Shown here in pieces: positions 22,793 through 32,194 of a DNA stretch of 64,000 nt. A program made the position numbers and the translations under genes. The notes beneath the pieces were generated by a model. The model ran no database searches and was not told where the DNA came from. It was given only the letters and a program-made list of their open reading frames with translations. The first letter of the stretch is position 1, and each line of letters begins with the position of its first letter. The DNA lies in the NCBI GenBank assembly GCA_963812135.1, contig CAWETU010000001.1:1920001-1984000 (forward strand), in the 5' to 3' direction. This DNA comes from Vulcanimicrobiota bacterium. GTDB taxonomy: Bacteria > Vulcanimicrobiota > Vulcanimicrobiia > Eremiobacterales > Eremiobacteraceae.

Positions 22793-23234
22793 GCACACTC
22801 GCGCCTTGATACGGAGCGTTCCAGTAGGTCACGGTCGCCGGAGTCTTCCCAATCACAAGATTCGCAGGCGGGAATGGATCGTGAACCCGTCGACCGTTCA
22901 TCCTTAACGGATACCCGACGAAGAAGTCCATCATCGTGCCCGCGTGCGTTCGAAGCACGACGTGACCTTGCTTCATTCCGATACCGTATTCTGCGACGAT
23001 GCCGCCGATGTGCCGGACTGATACACCGCGCGGCCGGCTCGGAAAGAAACCGATCTCGCCGGCGGGCAGCAGCCGTGGCACCCTCGTCTGAAGCGGCCCG
23101 ACGACCATCGGCCTCCCCGACGGCATGGACGTCGCCACCGCGACCGGTCCCGCATTCACGGGTGTCACTTCGCGATGCGAGGACGCGCACCCGGCGCACA
23201 ACACCACCGCACACATCGTGGTGAGCCATCTCAC
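22767..23234 (-). CDS. Hypothetical lipoprotein
   Basis: GTGA overlap with the anmK stop; lipobox-like LCAGC. Confidence 0.6.
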   Translation of the reverse strand: MRWLTTMCAVVLCAGCASSHREVTPVNAGPVAVATSMPSGRPMVVGPLQTRVPRLLPAGEIGFFPSRPRGVSVRHIGGIVAEYGIGMKQGHVVLRTHAGTMMDFFVGYPLRMNGRRVHDPFPPANLVIGKTPATVTYWNAPYQGASVHVTDQVDY

Positions 23235-24412
23235 GATTGTGCCCAAATCGTGCGCATCAGTTTCGCGAAATTCTTGCCGGGCGCGATCACGCCCATCACC
23301 ACGCCGCTGCGCGCACCCGTGGCGGAAGGCAGATTGTTGGCGCGGCCATACAGCGCTTCGTGCGCGAGCACGGCGAACGCCATCGCTTCCTTGGCGTCCA
23401 CGGGCATGCCGAACGCATCCGAGCGCTCGATCGCGGCGCGCACGGAGCGCTTCTCCAGTTCATCTTCTAACATCGTCATCAGCGCCCGGTTGTGGACGCC
23501 GCCGCCCGCCACGATGATCCGCTGGCATTCGCGCGGCACGGCGGCGGCGATCGTGTGCGCGGTCAGCGCCGTCACGCTCGCGATCAGATTCGGGCCGGTG
23601 ACGCCGAGGTTCGCGGCGCGCTGTAAGACGTCGCCTGCGTACGCTTCACCGAATTCCTCACGGCCCGTCGACTTCGGACTCGGCCGGCGGAACCACGGCT
23701 CTTCCATCAACTCGTCCACGAGCGCCTGTGAGACGTGGCCGCCTTGCGCCAGCGCACCACCACGATCGTAGCGCTGCACGCCGTGCGATTCGAAGCGCAT
23801 GCATGCATCGATCAGCATGTTCCCAGGACCGGTGTCGAATGCTCGGACTTGCTCGGGACTCGCGCCGGCAGGCAACCAGGTCACGTTGGCGATGCCGCCG
23901 ATGTTGAGCGCAAGCCGGTGCTCCGTGTCGCTGCGCAACAAGAGATAGTCCACGAACGGCACGAGCGGCGCCCCTTCACCGCCGGCGGCCACGTCGGCGA
24001 CGCGAAAGTCCCCGACGCTCGTCACACCGGTCGCCTGCGCGATGATCGAGGGCGAACCGATCTGCAGCGTCGCGCGCGCCTCGGGCCGTGCGCCCGCGGC
24101 GTGGTATAACGTCTGGCCGTGCGAGCCGATCGCGTCGACGCCCGCCATGTCGATGCCCGCGCGCGTGCACAGGCGCGTTGCGGCGTCGGCAAACGCCTCC
24201 GCAATGCGAGCGTTGAGCACGCAAACGTCTCGCGTGCTGCCTTGTTTAGGGGGCAGCGATGCTTCGAGCGATGCGCGCAAAGCCGCGTCGTACGGCGCCG
24301 TCGAGTGGCCAAGCAGCGCGATGTCGAGGCGATCGCCGTGGCGTTCGACGTCAATCGCGGCGGCGTCAATGCCGTCGAGCGACGTGCCCGACATCAGACC
24401 GATGATGCGCAT
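23231..24412 (-). CDS. anmK: Anhydro-N-acetylmuramic acid kinase
   Basis: IGLMSGTSLDGID, GSHGQT, GGEGAPLVP, LNIGGIAN, DTGPGN, PKSTGRE. Confidence 0.93.
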   Translation of the reverse strand: MRIIGLMSGTSLDGIDAAAIDVERHGDRLDIALLGHSTAPYDAALRASLEASLPPKQGSTRDVCVLNARIAEAFADAATRLCTRAGIDMAGVDAIGSHGQTLYHAAGARPEARATLQIGSPSIIAQATGVTSVGDFRVADVAAGGEGAPLVPFVDYLLLRSDTEHRLALNIGGIANVTWLPAGASPEQVRAFDTGPGNMLIDACMRFESHGVQRYDRGGALAQGGHVSQALVDELMEEPWFRRPSPKSTGREEFGEAYAGDVLQRAANLGVTGPNLIASVTALTAHTIAAAVPRECQRIIVAGGGVHNRALMTMLEDELEKRSVRAAIERSDAFGMPVDAKEAMAFAVLAHEALYGRANNLPSATGARSGVVMGVIAPGKNFAKLMRTIWAQS

Positions 24413-25549
24413 CTAGCGCGGCCGCGAGCGGTCGCTCGCGGCGACACCCGAGCTGCGCTCGGGTGCTACATCATCGTCGAGGTCGGCGATCACGGCGTCG
24501 TGGACGCGCGCCCGCAGGTTCGCGATCGGTCCGGGTTCTCGGCTGACGTACACGCGGTTGGTCAGTAAGGCGATCGTGAGCCCGCGCTGCGGATCGACGA
24601 CGAGCGACGTGCCGGTGTATCCTGTGTGGCCGTACGAATTGCCTGAGAGCCCCGCTCCCCAGGGCCGCGCGTCGCTCGACTTGAGCGCCCACGCGAGGCC
24701 GCGACGCTCGTCCTGCGAATGCGCGTGCTCGCGAACCGCCATCTGCGCCGTCGGTCGCAACAACACACGGCGCCCTTCGAATTGCCCTGCATCGCGATAA
24801 AGCTCGCCCAAGCGAGCGACGTCCGAGGCGGTGCCGAACAGACCCGCGTGTCCTGCGATGCCGCCCATCGACCAACACGTCTCATCGTGCACTTCGCCGC
24901 GCAACAGTTTGCCGCGCCACTGGTCGCGCTCGGTGCAGACGATGCGCTGCGCGATCTCACCTTGCGGCAAGAACCCGCAACTTGAGACGCCGAGTGGATC
25001 GAAGACCAAACTTTGCAGCGCGATCGGCAATGGGACTCCGGCCAATCGCGCCACGGCCTCCCCGACGAGGATGAAACCGCAGTCGCTGTACACGACGCGC
25101 TCCCCCGGCACCCGCGCAAGCGGCGTGTCGCACACGCGGCGCACGACGCGGGCAGCGCCTAAGTCCGCACGCGCGTTGACGCTCGGCGGCAATCCTGACG
25201 TATGAGTGAGCAGGTGGCGGAACGTCACCTGCTTGCGGCGTGGATCGCGACCTGCGAACTCAGGGAATGTTTCGACGATCGGATCGTCGAGCGCGAACGC
25301 CCGCCGGTCGAGCAGCGCGAGCAGCGCGGTGCCCACGGCGATCTTCGTCAGCGACGCGAGGTCGAAGACTGCGTCGGTGGTCGCCCTTGGCCCGTCCGGC
25401 GCGAGCTCGCCGAGCGCCGCCTCGTACACCACTGCGCCGCGCACGCGCACGTGCAGCACCGCACACGAGCAGACGCGTCCGAGCGAGTCCTCGAGCGCCG
25501 AGAGCGCGGTCGGAAGCGCGCGAGGCTCGCTGCCCGCCGGCCGTATCAC
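24413..25549 (-). CDS. Serine hydrolase, beta-lactamase/class C-like family
   Basis: FDLASLTK (SxxK), LLTHTSG, YSD, GHAGLF, GHTGYTG. Confidence 0.88.
   Translation of the reverse strand: MIRPAGSEPRALPTALSALEDSLGRVCSCAVLHVRVRGAVVYEAALGELAPDGPRATTDAVFDLASLTKIAVGTALLALLDRRAFALDDPIVETFPEFAGRDPRRKQVTFRHLLTHTSGLPPSVNARADLGAARVVRRVCDTPLARVPGERVVYSDCGFILVGEAVARLAGVPLPIALQSLVFDPLGVSSCGFLPQGEIAQRIVCTERDQWRGKLLRGEVHDETCWSMGGIAGHAGLFGTASDVARLGELYRDAGQFEGRRVLLRPTAQMAVREHAHSQDERRGLAWALKSSDARPWGAGLSGNSYGHTGYTGTSLVVDPQRGLTIALLTNRVYVSREPGPIANLRARVHDAVIADLDDDVAPERSSGVAASDRSRPR
24421..24469 (-). repeat. Tandem REP-like palindromes (class C variant + class B) inside the 3' end of the serine hydrolase gene
   Basis: GCCGCGAGCGGTCGCTCGCGGC-GAC followed by ACCCGAGCTGCGCTCGGGTG-CTAC. 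Confidence 0.75.
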
Positions 25550-27114
25550 GACGTGCCCGCGACCTGTGGACTTGCGCCCAGCACCACCGGCAGCCGCCCG
25601 AGCGCCTGCGCGGTTCCGAGCAGCACAGCACCCGCTGCGGCCAGTTCGGCGTCGCCGTCGCCGAAGGACGCGATGACCGCGACGCTATCCGGCAAATGCG
25701 TCGCGTCGTATGGCTCCAGCGCCGCGATCGCGACGATCGGTTTGCCGTACAGCGCGAGATCCGCGACCGCTTGCGCCTGCAATCGGTGAACGAAAGCCCG
25801 TCGCGTCACCGCGACGAATGCATCGGCCGCGCCGGCCGCCATCAGAAGCTGTTTGTACTCGTGACCCGCAGGCTCGAGATCGCGCAGCTGCTCGCTCACC
25901 TGCAGGCCGGCAGCGGCCAGCATTTTGCCAAGCACGCTTTCCACTCTCGCGCCAGTGGACTTCGCGGGACCGCCCTCGATGAAATTGACGACGAACACGC
26001 GCGCACCGCTCGGGAGCGAGAGCGGCGGTATACCGGCGCCGGTGCGCACGACGCACACCGAACGTTGCGCGACGTCACGCGCGAGCTCCGCCGAATCGAT
26101 GGGCGGCGCGTCCTCGTCGGGCACGCGTTGCGCGGTTCGCCAACGCAGCGTCTCGACGCGCGCGAGACTCGCCGCGACGCGGTCGGGCTTGAGGCGGCCG
26201 TCGCGCACGGCAGCGCGCAACGCCTCCAAGCCTTCGCGAGCCGCGTCGAGTTCTGAAAACACGAGCAGGTCTGCGCCTGCGTCGATCGCCAGCACCGACG
26301 CTTGCGCGATCGATGAGCGCGAGGTGATGCCGGCCATCACCATGTCGTCCGTGCACACAACTCCATTGAAGCCGAGCTCATCGCGCAACACGGCTTGCAG
26401 CAACGCCTTGGACAGCGTGGCGGGGGCGCCGCTTGGATCCAAGGCCGGCGCTGATACGTGACCGGTCATGATAAGATCGACGCGGGCATCGATCGCGGCG
26501 CGAAACGGCGCCAGCTCGACCCGGCGCAGATGCGCGGCGTCGCGTGTGGTGGCGACCGGCGCGAGGTGCGAATCTTCGGAGGTGTCCCCATGACCGGGAA
26601 AATGCTTCGCTGCCGAGGCGATGCCGGCTGCGTGCAGGCCATCGATCGCGGCGGCGACGTGCGCGCTCACCCTGGCGGGATCATCGCCGAACGAGCGCAG
26701 GCCGATGACCGGATTTTCTGGATTGGTGTTCACGTCCGCGACGGGCGCGAAATCGAGATTGATGCCCAACGCGCGCAGATCGCCGCCCATCATCCTATAC
26801 ACCGCGCGCGTCAGCTCAGGTTGCCATGCAGCGCCAAGCGCCATCGCCGAAGGAGCGGGCGCTCCTAATGACCCCAACCGTTCGACGGTGCCGCCCTCCT
26901 GGTCGGCAGCGATGAGCAGCGGCGGGCGATGCGGCGGACGGGCCGCTTGGAGATCGTCGATGACCGCACGCGTTTGCTCGAGAGTGGCAATATTACGGCG
27001 AAAGAGGACGGCTCCGGCCGTTCCCGCAATGAATTGCGCGATCTCTTGAGGCGCGTCGATCCCGGGCAAGCCCGCCAGGATGAGACCGCCGACCCGGCCC
27101 GCGAGCTCTTCCAC
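25546..27114 (-). CDS. nagZ: GH3 beta-N-acetylhexosaminidase
   Basis: ADQEGG, APVADVN, RSFG, KHFPGHGDTSEDSH (Asp-His dyad); GTG start after GGAGG. Confidence 0.88.
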   Translation of the reverse strand: MEELAGRVGGLILAGLPGIDAPQEIAQFIAGTAGAVLFRRNIATLEQTRAVIDDLQAARPPHRPPLLIAADQEGGTVERLGSLGAPAPSAMALGAAWQPELTRAVYRMMGGDLRALGINLDFAPVADVNTNPENPVIGLRSFGDDPARVSAHVAAAIDGLHAAGIASAAKHFPGHGDTSEDSHLAPVATTRDAAHLRRVELAPFRAAIDARVDLIMTGHVSAPALDPSGAPATLSKALLQAVLRDELGFNGVVCTDDMVMAGITSRSSIAQASVLAIDAGADLLVFSELDAAREGLEALRAAVRDGRLKPDRVAASLARVETLRWRTAQRVPDEDAPPIDSAELARDVAQRSVCVVRTGAGIPPLSLPSGARVFVVNFIEGGPAKSTGARVESVLGKMLAAAGLQVSEQLRDLEPAGHEYKQLLMAAGAADAFVAVTRRAFVHRLQAQAVADLALYGKPIVAIAALEPYDATHLPDSVAVIASFGDGDAELAAAGAVLLGTAQALGRLPVVLGASPQVAGTS

Positions 27115-27182
27115 GTGCGGTGAGCCTCCTGCGGACCCGTACAAGAGCGCGCGTCGTACCCCCTCTTCAGGAGATAGATGGC

Positions 27183-29876
27183 TTGAAACGTCTGACGTTT
27201 GTCCTCGCATGCATCGCAGTCGCAACCGTGCTGCTCATCACGCCTGCCACGCGCGCAGCGGCTTCGGACGGTCGAATAAATTCGACCGCTCCAGCGGTCG
27301 TGCGGGCGACGCTGCCCAACGGCTTGCGCGTCATCATCGTGCGCGATCCGCTGTCACCGGCGGTCAACGCGCAGATGGTCTATCTTGCGGGCTCGGACGA
27401 AACGCCGCCAGGCTTTCCCGGGATGGCGCACGCGCAAGAGCACATGGCAGCGGGGCGCAGCATGCAAGGCCTCACCGCCAGTCAGCTCAACGACATCAGC
27501 ACGCTCATGGGCGGCCGCAGCAACGCGCAGACAGAGAACACCGTCACGCTCTATTACTACACGGTGCCCAGCAAGGATCTTCCATACGTACTGCACATCT
27601 TCGCGATCCAGATGCACGGCGTGCTCGACTCGCAAGCTGAGTGGACGCAGGAGCGCGGCGCTATCGAGCAAGAGGTCGCGGCGGATCTCTCCAATCCGTT
27701 CTACCGATTTTTCTCGGATGCATGGCTGCACTTGTTCGCCGGCACGCCATACGAGCATGACGCGCTCGGCACCCGGCCATCGTTCGACAAGACGACTGGC
27801 GCGCTCCTGAAAAAGTTCTACGACACCTGGTACCAGCCGAATAACGCGATACTCGTGATCACGGGCGACATCGACCCGCAAGCGACCTTGAGCAGCGTCA
27901 AGACCGTGTTCTCTTCGATACCCGGGCATCCGGTGCCGGGGCGCCCTGCCGTCCACCTGCGGCCTCTCAAGCCCGAGACGATCTCGCTCGACAGCGATCA
28001 ACCCTTTGCGGTCGCGTTCGTCGGCTATCGGCTACCCGGCACCGATAGTCCCGACTACGCAGCGGCGACAATATTAGGCGGCGTACTGGCCAGCCAGCGG
28101 GGCGACGTCTACGCGCTCGGCCCGGCGGGCAAGGCGCTGCAAGCCGGCTATTTTCCCGTGACCCAACTCCCCAAGGCCGGAGCCGGCATTCTGTACGGTG
28201 CCCTGCCGCCCGGCGCGGACACAAAGGCTATGGCGGACACTCTCAAGAGCGTGATCGACAATTATAAGAAGAACGGCGTGCCGGCGGAGCTGGTCGATGC
28301 GATCAAACGCCAGTCCGTCGCGCAGGCAGAGTTCGACCGCAATTCCATCACCGGACTGGCCGACTCGTGGGTGCAGTCGGTCGCGGTGGAAGGGCGCTCC
28401 TCACCCGACGACGACGTGAAAGCGCTGCAAAGCGTGACCGTCGACGACGTCAACCGCGTGCTGCGCCGCTACTTCGACAACTCGACCGCGCTTGTCGGCA
28501 TCCTCAACCCCAAGCCCGCCGGCCAGCCGAGCAACGCGAAAGGATTCGGCGGCGCGGAGTCATTCGCGCCGACGAATGCAGCAAAGACGACGTTGCCTTC
28601 TTGGGCGCAAGCGTTGCTCGCAGCCGCTTCGGTGCCGCCTTCGACGCTCAATCCGTCAGAGGTCAGGCTTTCGAACGGTCTGCGGCTCATCGTTCAGCCG
28701 GAGTCGATCAGTCCGACCGTCACCGTGATCGGCGCAGTCAAGAACAATCCCGATTTGGAGGCGCCACCCGGCAAGGAGGGCGTCGAGGGGATCTTGGGCG
28801 AGCTTTTCAGTTACGGCACGACGACACTGGACCGCCTCGCCTATCGCAAGGCGCTCGATGATATCGCCGCCAGCGCCGAACCAGGCACGGATTTCTCGCT
28901 GACCGTGCTTTCGTCGAAGTTCGATCGCGGCGTTGAGCTGCTCGCCGACGGCGTGCTCCATCCGGCACTGCCCGCGCCGGCCTTTGGCGTCGTTCAGCGC
29001 CAGTTCGCCGGGTTTGTCGGTGGTGAACAAACCAGCCCAGACTATCTCACGCAGCTCGCCCTCGATAAGGCGTTGTACCCGCCGAACGATCCGCAGCTTC
29101 GTCGGGAGACACCCGATAGCGTCAAAGCGCTGACTCTCGATGACGTCAAAGCATATTACTCGACCGTGTTCCGTCCGGATCTCACGACGATCATCGTGAT
29201 CGGCGACGTCACACCCGACCAGGCGAAAGCCTCGATCGAGAAGTGGTTCGGCGGTTGGACCGCAACCGGGCCGGCGCCCCAGACGGACTATCCGCCGGCG
29301 CCGAACAACGCGCCGTCCGCCGCGAACGTACCGGCGACCGGCCGCGTCCAAGATTCAGTGACGCTGCAAGAAACGATCGGGGCGCTGCGCGCAGATCCGG
29401 ATTACTACTCGTTGCGTGTCGGCGGTTCTATCTTGGGCGGCGGCTTCTCGTCGCCGCTCTACATCGATTTGCGCGAAAAAGCGGGCCTAGTCTACTACGT
29501 GAGCCAGTCCTTCGACATCGGCAAGACGCGCAGCACGCTCGACGTGAGCTATGGCTGCGACCCGCCCAAGGTTTCAAAGGCGCGGGCCATCATCGAACGC
29601 GACCTGCGCGCGATGCAGACGACGCTCGTGTCGCCCTCGCAGCTGCAGCGCTCCAAGGCTGAACTGCTCGCCGCCATCCCACTTTCGGAATCCAGCGAAG
29701 AAGCGGTGGCGCAGGGCATGCTCAGCCGCGCGCTGCTCGATTTGCCGCTAGACGAACCGGAGCGCGCTGCAAACCGTTACGCGGCGACCACCGCCGAACA
29801 GATTCGGGACGCGTTTGCCAAGTGGGTGCGCGTGCCCGACCTCGTTCAAGTGGTGACAGGACCGCCGCCACAATAG
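27183..29876 (+). CDS. Secreted M16 (pitrilysin-family) zinc protease
   Basis: Signal peptide, TLPNGLRV, HAQEH (HxxEH), second-half LSNGLRL and LREKAGLVY; TTG start after AGGAG. Confidence 0.88.
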   Translation: MKRLTFVLACIAVATVLLITPATRAAASDGRINSTAPAVVRATLPNGLRVIIVRDPLSPAVNAQMVYLAGSDETPPGFPGMAHAQEHMAAGRSMQGLTASQLNDISTLMGGRSNAQTENTVTLYYYTVPSKDLPYVLHIFAIQMHGVLDSQAEWTQERGAIEQEVAADLSNPFYRFFSDAWLHLFAGTPYEHDALGTRPSFDKTTGALLKKFYDTWYQPNNAILVITGDIDPQATLSSVKTVFSSIPGHPVPGRPAVHLRPLKPETISLDSDQPFAVAFVGYRLPGTDSPDYAAATILGGVLASQRGDVYALGPAGKALQAGYFPVTQLPKAGAGILYGALPPGADTKAMADTLKSVIDNYKKNGVPAELVDAIKRQSVAQAEFDRNSITGLADSWVQSVAVEGRSSPDDDVKALQSVTVDDVNRVLRRYFDNSTALVGILNPKPAGQPSNAKGFGGAESFAPTNAAKTTLPSWAQALLAAASVPPSTLNPSEVRLSNGLRLIVQPESISPTVTVIGAVKNNPDLEAPPGKEGVEGILGELFSYGTTTLDRLAYRKALDDIAASAEPGTDFSLTVLSSKFDRGVELLADGVLHPALPAPAFGVVQRQFAGFVGGEQTSPDYLTQLALDKALYPPNDPQLRRETPDSVKALTLDDVKAYYSTVFRPDLTTIIVIGDVTPDQAKASIEKWFGGWTATGPAPQTDYPPAPNNAPSAANVPATGRVQDSVTLQETIGALRADPDYYSLRVGGSILGGGFSSPLYIDLREKAGLVYYVSQSFDIGKTRSTLDVSYGCDPPKVSKARAIIERDLRAMQTTLVSPSQLQRSKAELLAAIPLSESSEEAVAQGMLSRALLDLPLDEPERAANRYAATTAEQIRDAFAKWVRVPDLVQVVTGPPPQ
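27269..27292 (-). repeat. REP-like palindrome class A, in-frame inside the M16 gene
   Basis: CGGTCGAATAAATTCGACCG-CTCC, translated as GRINSTA just after the signal peptide. Confidence 0.85.
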
Positions 29877-29965
29877 CCCGGATTGAAACAAAAAGGCCCG
29901 CGACGACGTAGGTGACCTTAGTCGGTACGCGGTCAAGATCACGGCGAAGGAAACAGTGGTCAAGG

Positions 29966-32191
29966 ATGTCGTCGCGCGCGATCCTCGTAGGGGCGGTCTT
30001 CGCCGTTGCCGTGTTCATGCTCGCGCCGGATGCGGCGCGCGCCACCGCCGATCAAAACGCGAAATTGCCGGCAGCCCGGGCGACGGCGCCGTTGCCGCTG
30101 GACGCCACACTGGCCGATCCGCAGTGGAAAGCGGGCCAGCTGGCCACTGAGTTCTTCAACTTCACCACGCAGCGTCCGGCGCGCGTCGATACCGTAGCGT
30201 ACGTCCTGTATGACGATACCAATCTATACGTCGGCTTCCATTGCGAACAGGCCGGCATCCCCATCATCGCGACGCAGACGACGAACAATATCGGGCAGGG
30301 TCTGGACGACTATGTCGAGATCGCGATCGACCCGACCAGCAACGGCGGGCGCGTCTACGAGTTCAGTGCGACGCCGAGGGCGGTCCAATACGTCGCTTCA
30401 AGCGAATCGAACCGCTACAATCCGACGTGGTCGGCCGCCGCCAAGATCAACGGCACATCGTGGAACGCGGTCATGATCATCCCCCTGAAGGCGCTACGCG
30501 CATCGCCTGGATCGTGGCGCATCAATCTGATCCGCCATCTCTCAGGTCCCGATGAAGATCTTACGTTCGCCTACGACCGCCAAATGCTGCTCATCACCGA
30601 CTCGACGTATTGGCCGCAGTGGACGGGGTTGGTGTTCAAGGCGCTATCTGCCCGGCCGCCCGCGTATGCGAACATCTTCGGGCTCGCGAGCGCCGGCGCG
30701 GACCGCAACGTGTTCCCACAGCTCAACGGCACGGCGGGACCATCGCATGCGCCACATCTCGGCATCGATGGCTCGCTACCCATCACCGATACGCTGGCAT
30801 TCGTCGGCACGGTCAACCCAGATTACTCCAACGTCGAATCCGATCAGCAGACCATCACGCCGCAGCAGTTCCAGCGAGCATTGACGGAGTATCGTCCGTT
30901 CTTCTCGCAAGGCGCCAACTATCTGACCCCCAACGCGCAGTTCGGCATCAACGGCCCATCAAATCAACCGTTCTACACACCGTCCATCGGCCAGTTCAAC
31001 GGCGGCGCGAAGGTAGAGGGAACCGCCGGGCTCAACTCGATCGGTGCGCTTGCTGCAGCCGGTCCTGGGTTCAACGATGAGGCGTACGGTTTCAATCACC
31101 GCACCGCCGACCAGGCGTCGCGGTACTGGTTCAACGGCGTCGAAGCACATCACACCGACAACGCCTCGAGCGTCATCCCGTGTCCGTTCGTCGGCGCGAT
31201 GCAGCTCTCGTCGTGCACCGACTCGCTCTTCGAGTTCGGCACGCGGATATCGAGCCTGAAGAACGGCCTCGAGACCGCTTTCGACTACGCGATCGAGACC
31301 GGTCAGTACGTGCCGGATGCCTCAAAGGGGCACAGCTTCATCGTGCTCGAGGCGGTCAACCGCTCGCACTACAGCACGGGCCTCGCGTATCGCGACATCC
31401 AGCCCTACTACGCGCCCATCGACGGCTTCACGCTCATCAACGACATGCGCGGGCCGGCCTTCTTCTACAACGCGACCGGTCAAGGCAAGGGCGGCAGCAT
31501 CTTCAAGACGTTCAGCGGGGGCATCGGGGCCGAGCGCTATTTCGACGATTCGGGTGCGGTCAGATACAGCGAGATCAGCCCGTTCGTCCAGTTCGAGTTC
31601 AAGAACTTGATGTCGTTCACCACCGGACCGCTCGACAGCCAGATCAGACAATACGACATCGGATATCCCGTCTATCTCAACGGACAAACGTTTTCGTCGC
31701 ACACGAATTTCTTCGGGTTGAACTACCGCGACGGCACGCCGCAATCGATCGACTCGGGCTACACGTATGGGCCGAACGCCGGTTTTCTCGCGCCGGGCGG
31801 CGTGCAGCAATCCACGTACTCGTCGTTCTACTTCAACGAGTTCTTCATCAACGGATCGGATCAGCTGACCGCCCGCTGGAACCTCGCGGCGGACTACACC
31901 GGCGATCGCGAGCGCTGCTACTTCACCGGCTGCGACATCCAGCAATCGCTGCGCCGTTTTTCCCTTGGCTACAGCCTCGGGCCGGACTCGAACGTGTCGC
32001 TCGCGTATCGCACGATCTCAGGCACCGGCTACTCGCCGACGGCCGCGGATTTCGCAGCGGCGTATCATCGCAAGTTCCGCAACGGCAACGAGATGTATCT
32101 CGAGTGGGGCACGCCGCAGACGACGACGCAACTCGACAGATTCGTCCTCAAGTACGTGCTGCATCTCGGCGGCGCCGGTTCGGGGACGTAG
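29966..32191 (+). CDS. Secreted/outer-membrane protein with CBM9-like N-terminus (DUF5916-like)
   Basis: Signal peptide; LDATLADPQW, YDDTNLYVGF, WNAVMIIPL; NPDYSNVESD...EYRPFF; aromatic beta-strand-rich C-terminus. Confidence 0.65.
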   Translation: MSSRAILVGAVFAVAVFMLAPDAARATADQNAKLPAARATAPLPLDATLADPQWKAGQLATEFFNFTTQRPARVDTVAYVLYDDTNLYVGFHCEQAGIPIIATQTTNNIGQGLDDYVEIAIDPTSNGGRVYEFSATPRAVQYVASSESNRYNPTWSAAAKINGTSWNAVMIIPLKALRASPGSWRINLIRHLSGPDEDLTFAYDRQMLLITDSTYWPQWTGLVFKALSARPPAYANIFGLASAGADRNVFPQLNGTAGPSHAPHLGIDGSLPITDTLAFVGTVNPDYSNVESDQQTITPQQFQRALTEYRPFFSQGANYLTPNAQFGINGPSNQPFYTPSIGQFNGGAKVEGTAGLNSIGALAAAGPGFNDEAYGFNHRTADQASRYWFNGVEAHHTDNASSVIPCPFVGAMQLSSCTDSLFEFGTRISSLKNGLETAFDYAIETGQYVPDASKGHSFIVLEAVNRSHYSTGLAYRDIQPYYAPIDGFTLINDMRGPAFFYNATGQGKGGSIFKTFSGGIGAERYFDDSGAVRYSEISPFVQFEFKNLMSFTTGPLDSQIRQYDIGYPVYLNGQTFSSHTNFFGLNYRDGTPQSIDSGYTYGPNAGFLAPGGVQQSTYSSFYFNEFFINGSDQLTARWNLAADYTGDRERCYFTGCDIQQSLRRFSLGYSLGPDSNVSLAYRTISGTGYSPTAADFAAAYHRKFRNGNEMYLEWGTPQTTTQLDRFVLKYVLHLGGAGSGT

Positions 32192-32194
32192 CGT

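Noticed and set aside
24413..25549. Beta-lactam resistance gene
   Set aside because: No signal peptide and embedded in a peptidoglycan-recycling operon; a generic SxxK hydrolase is more likely.
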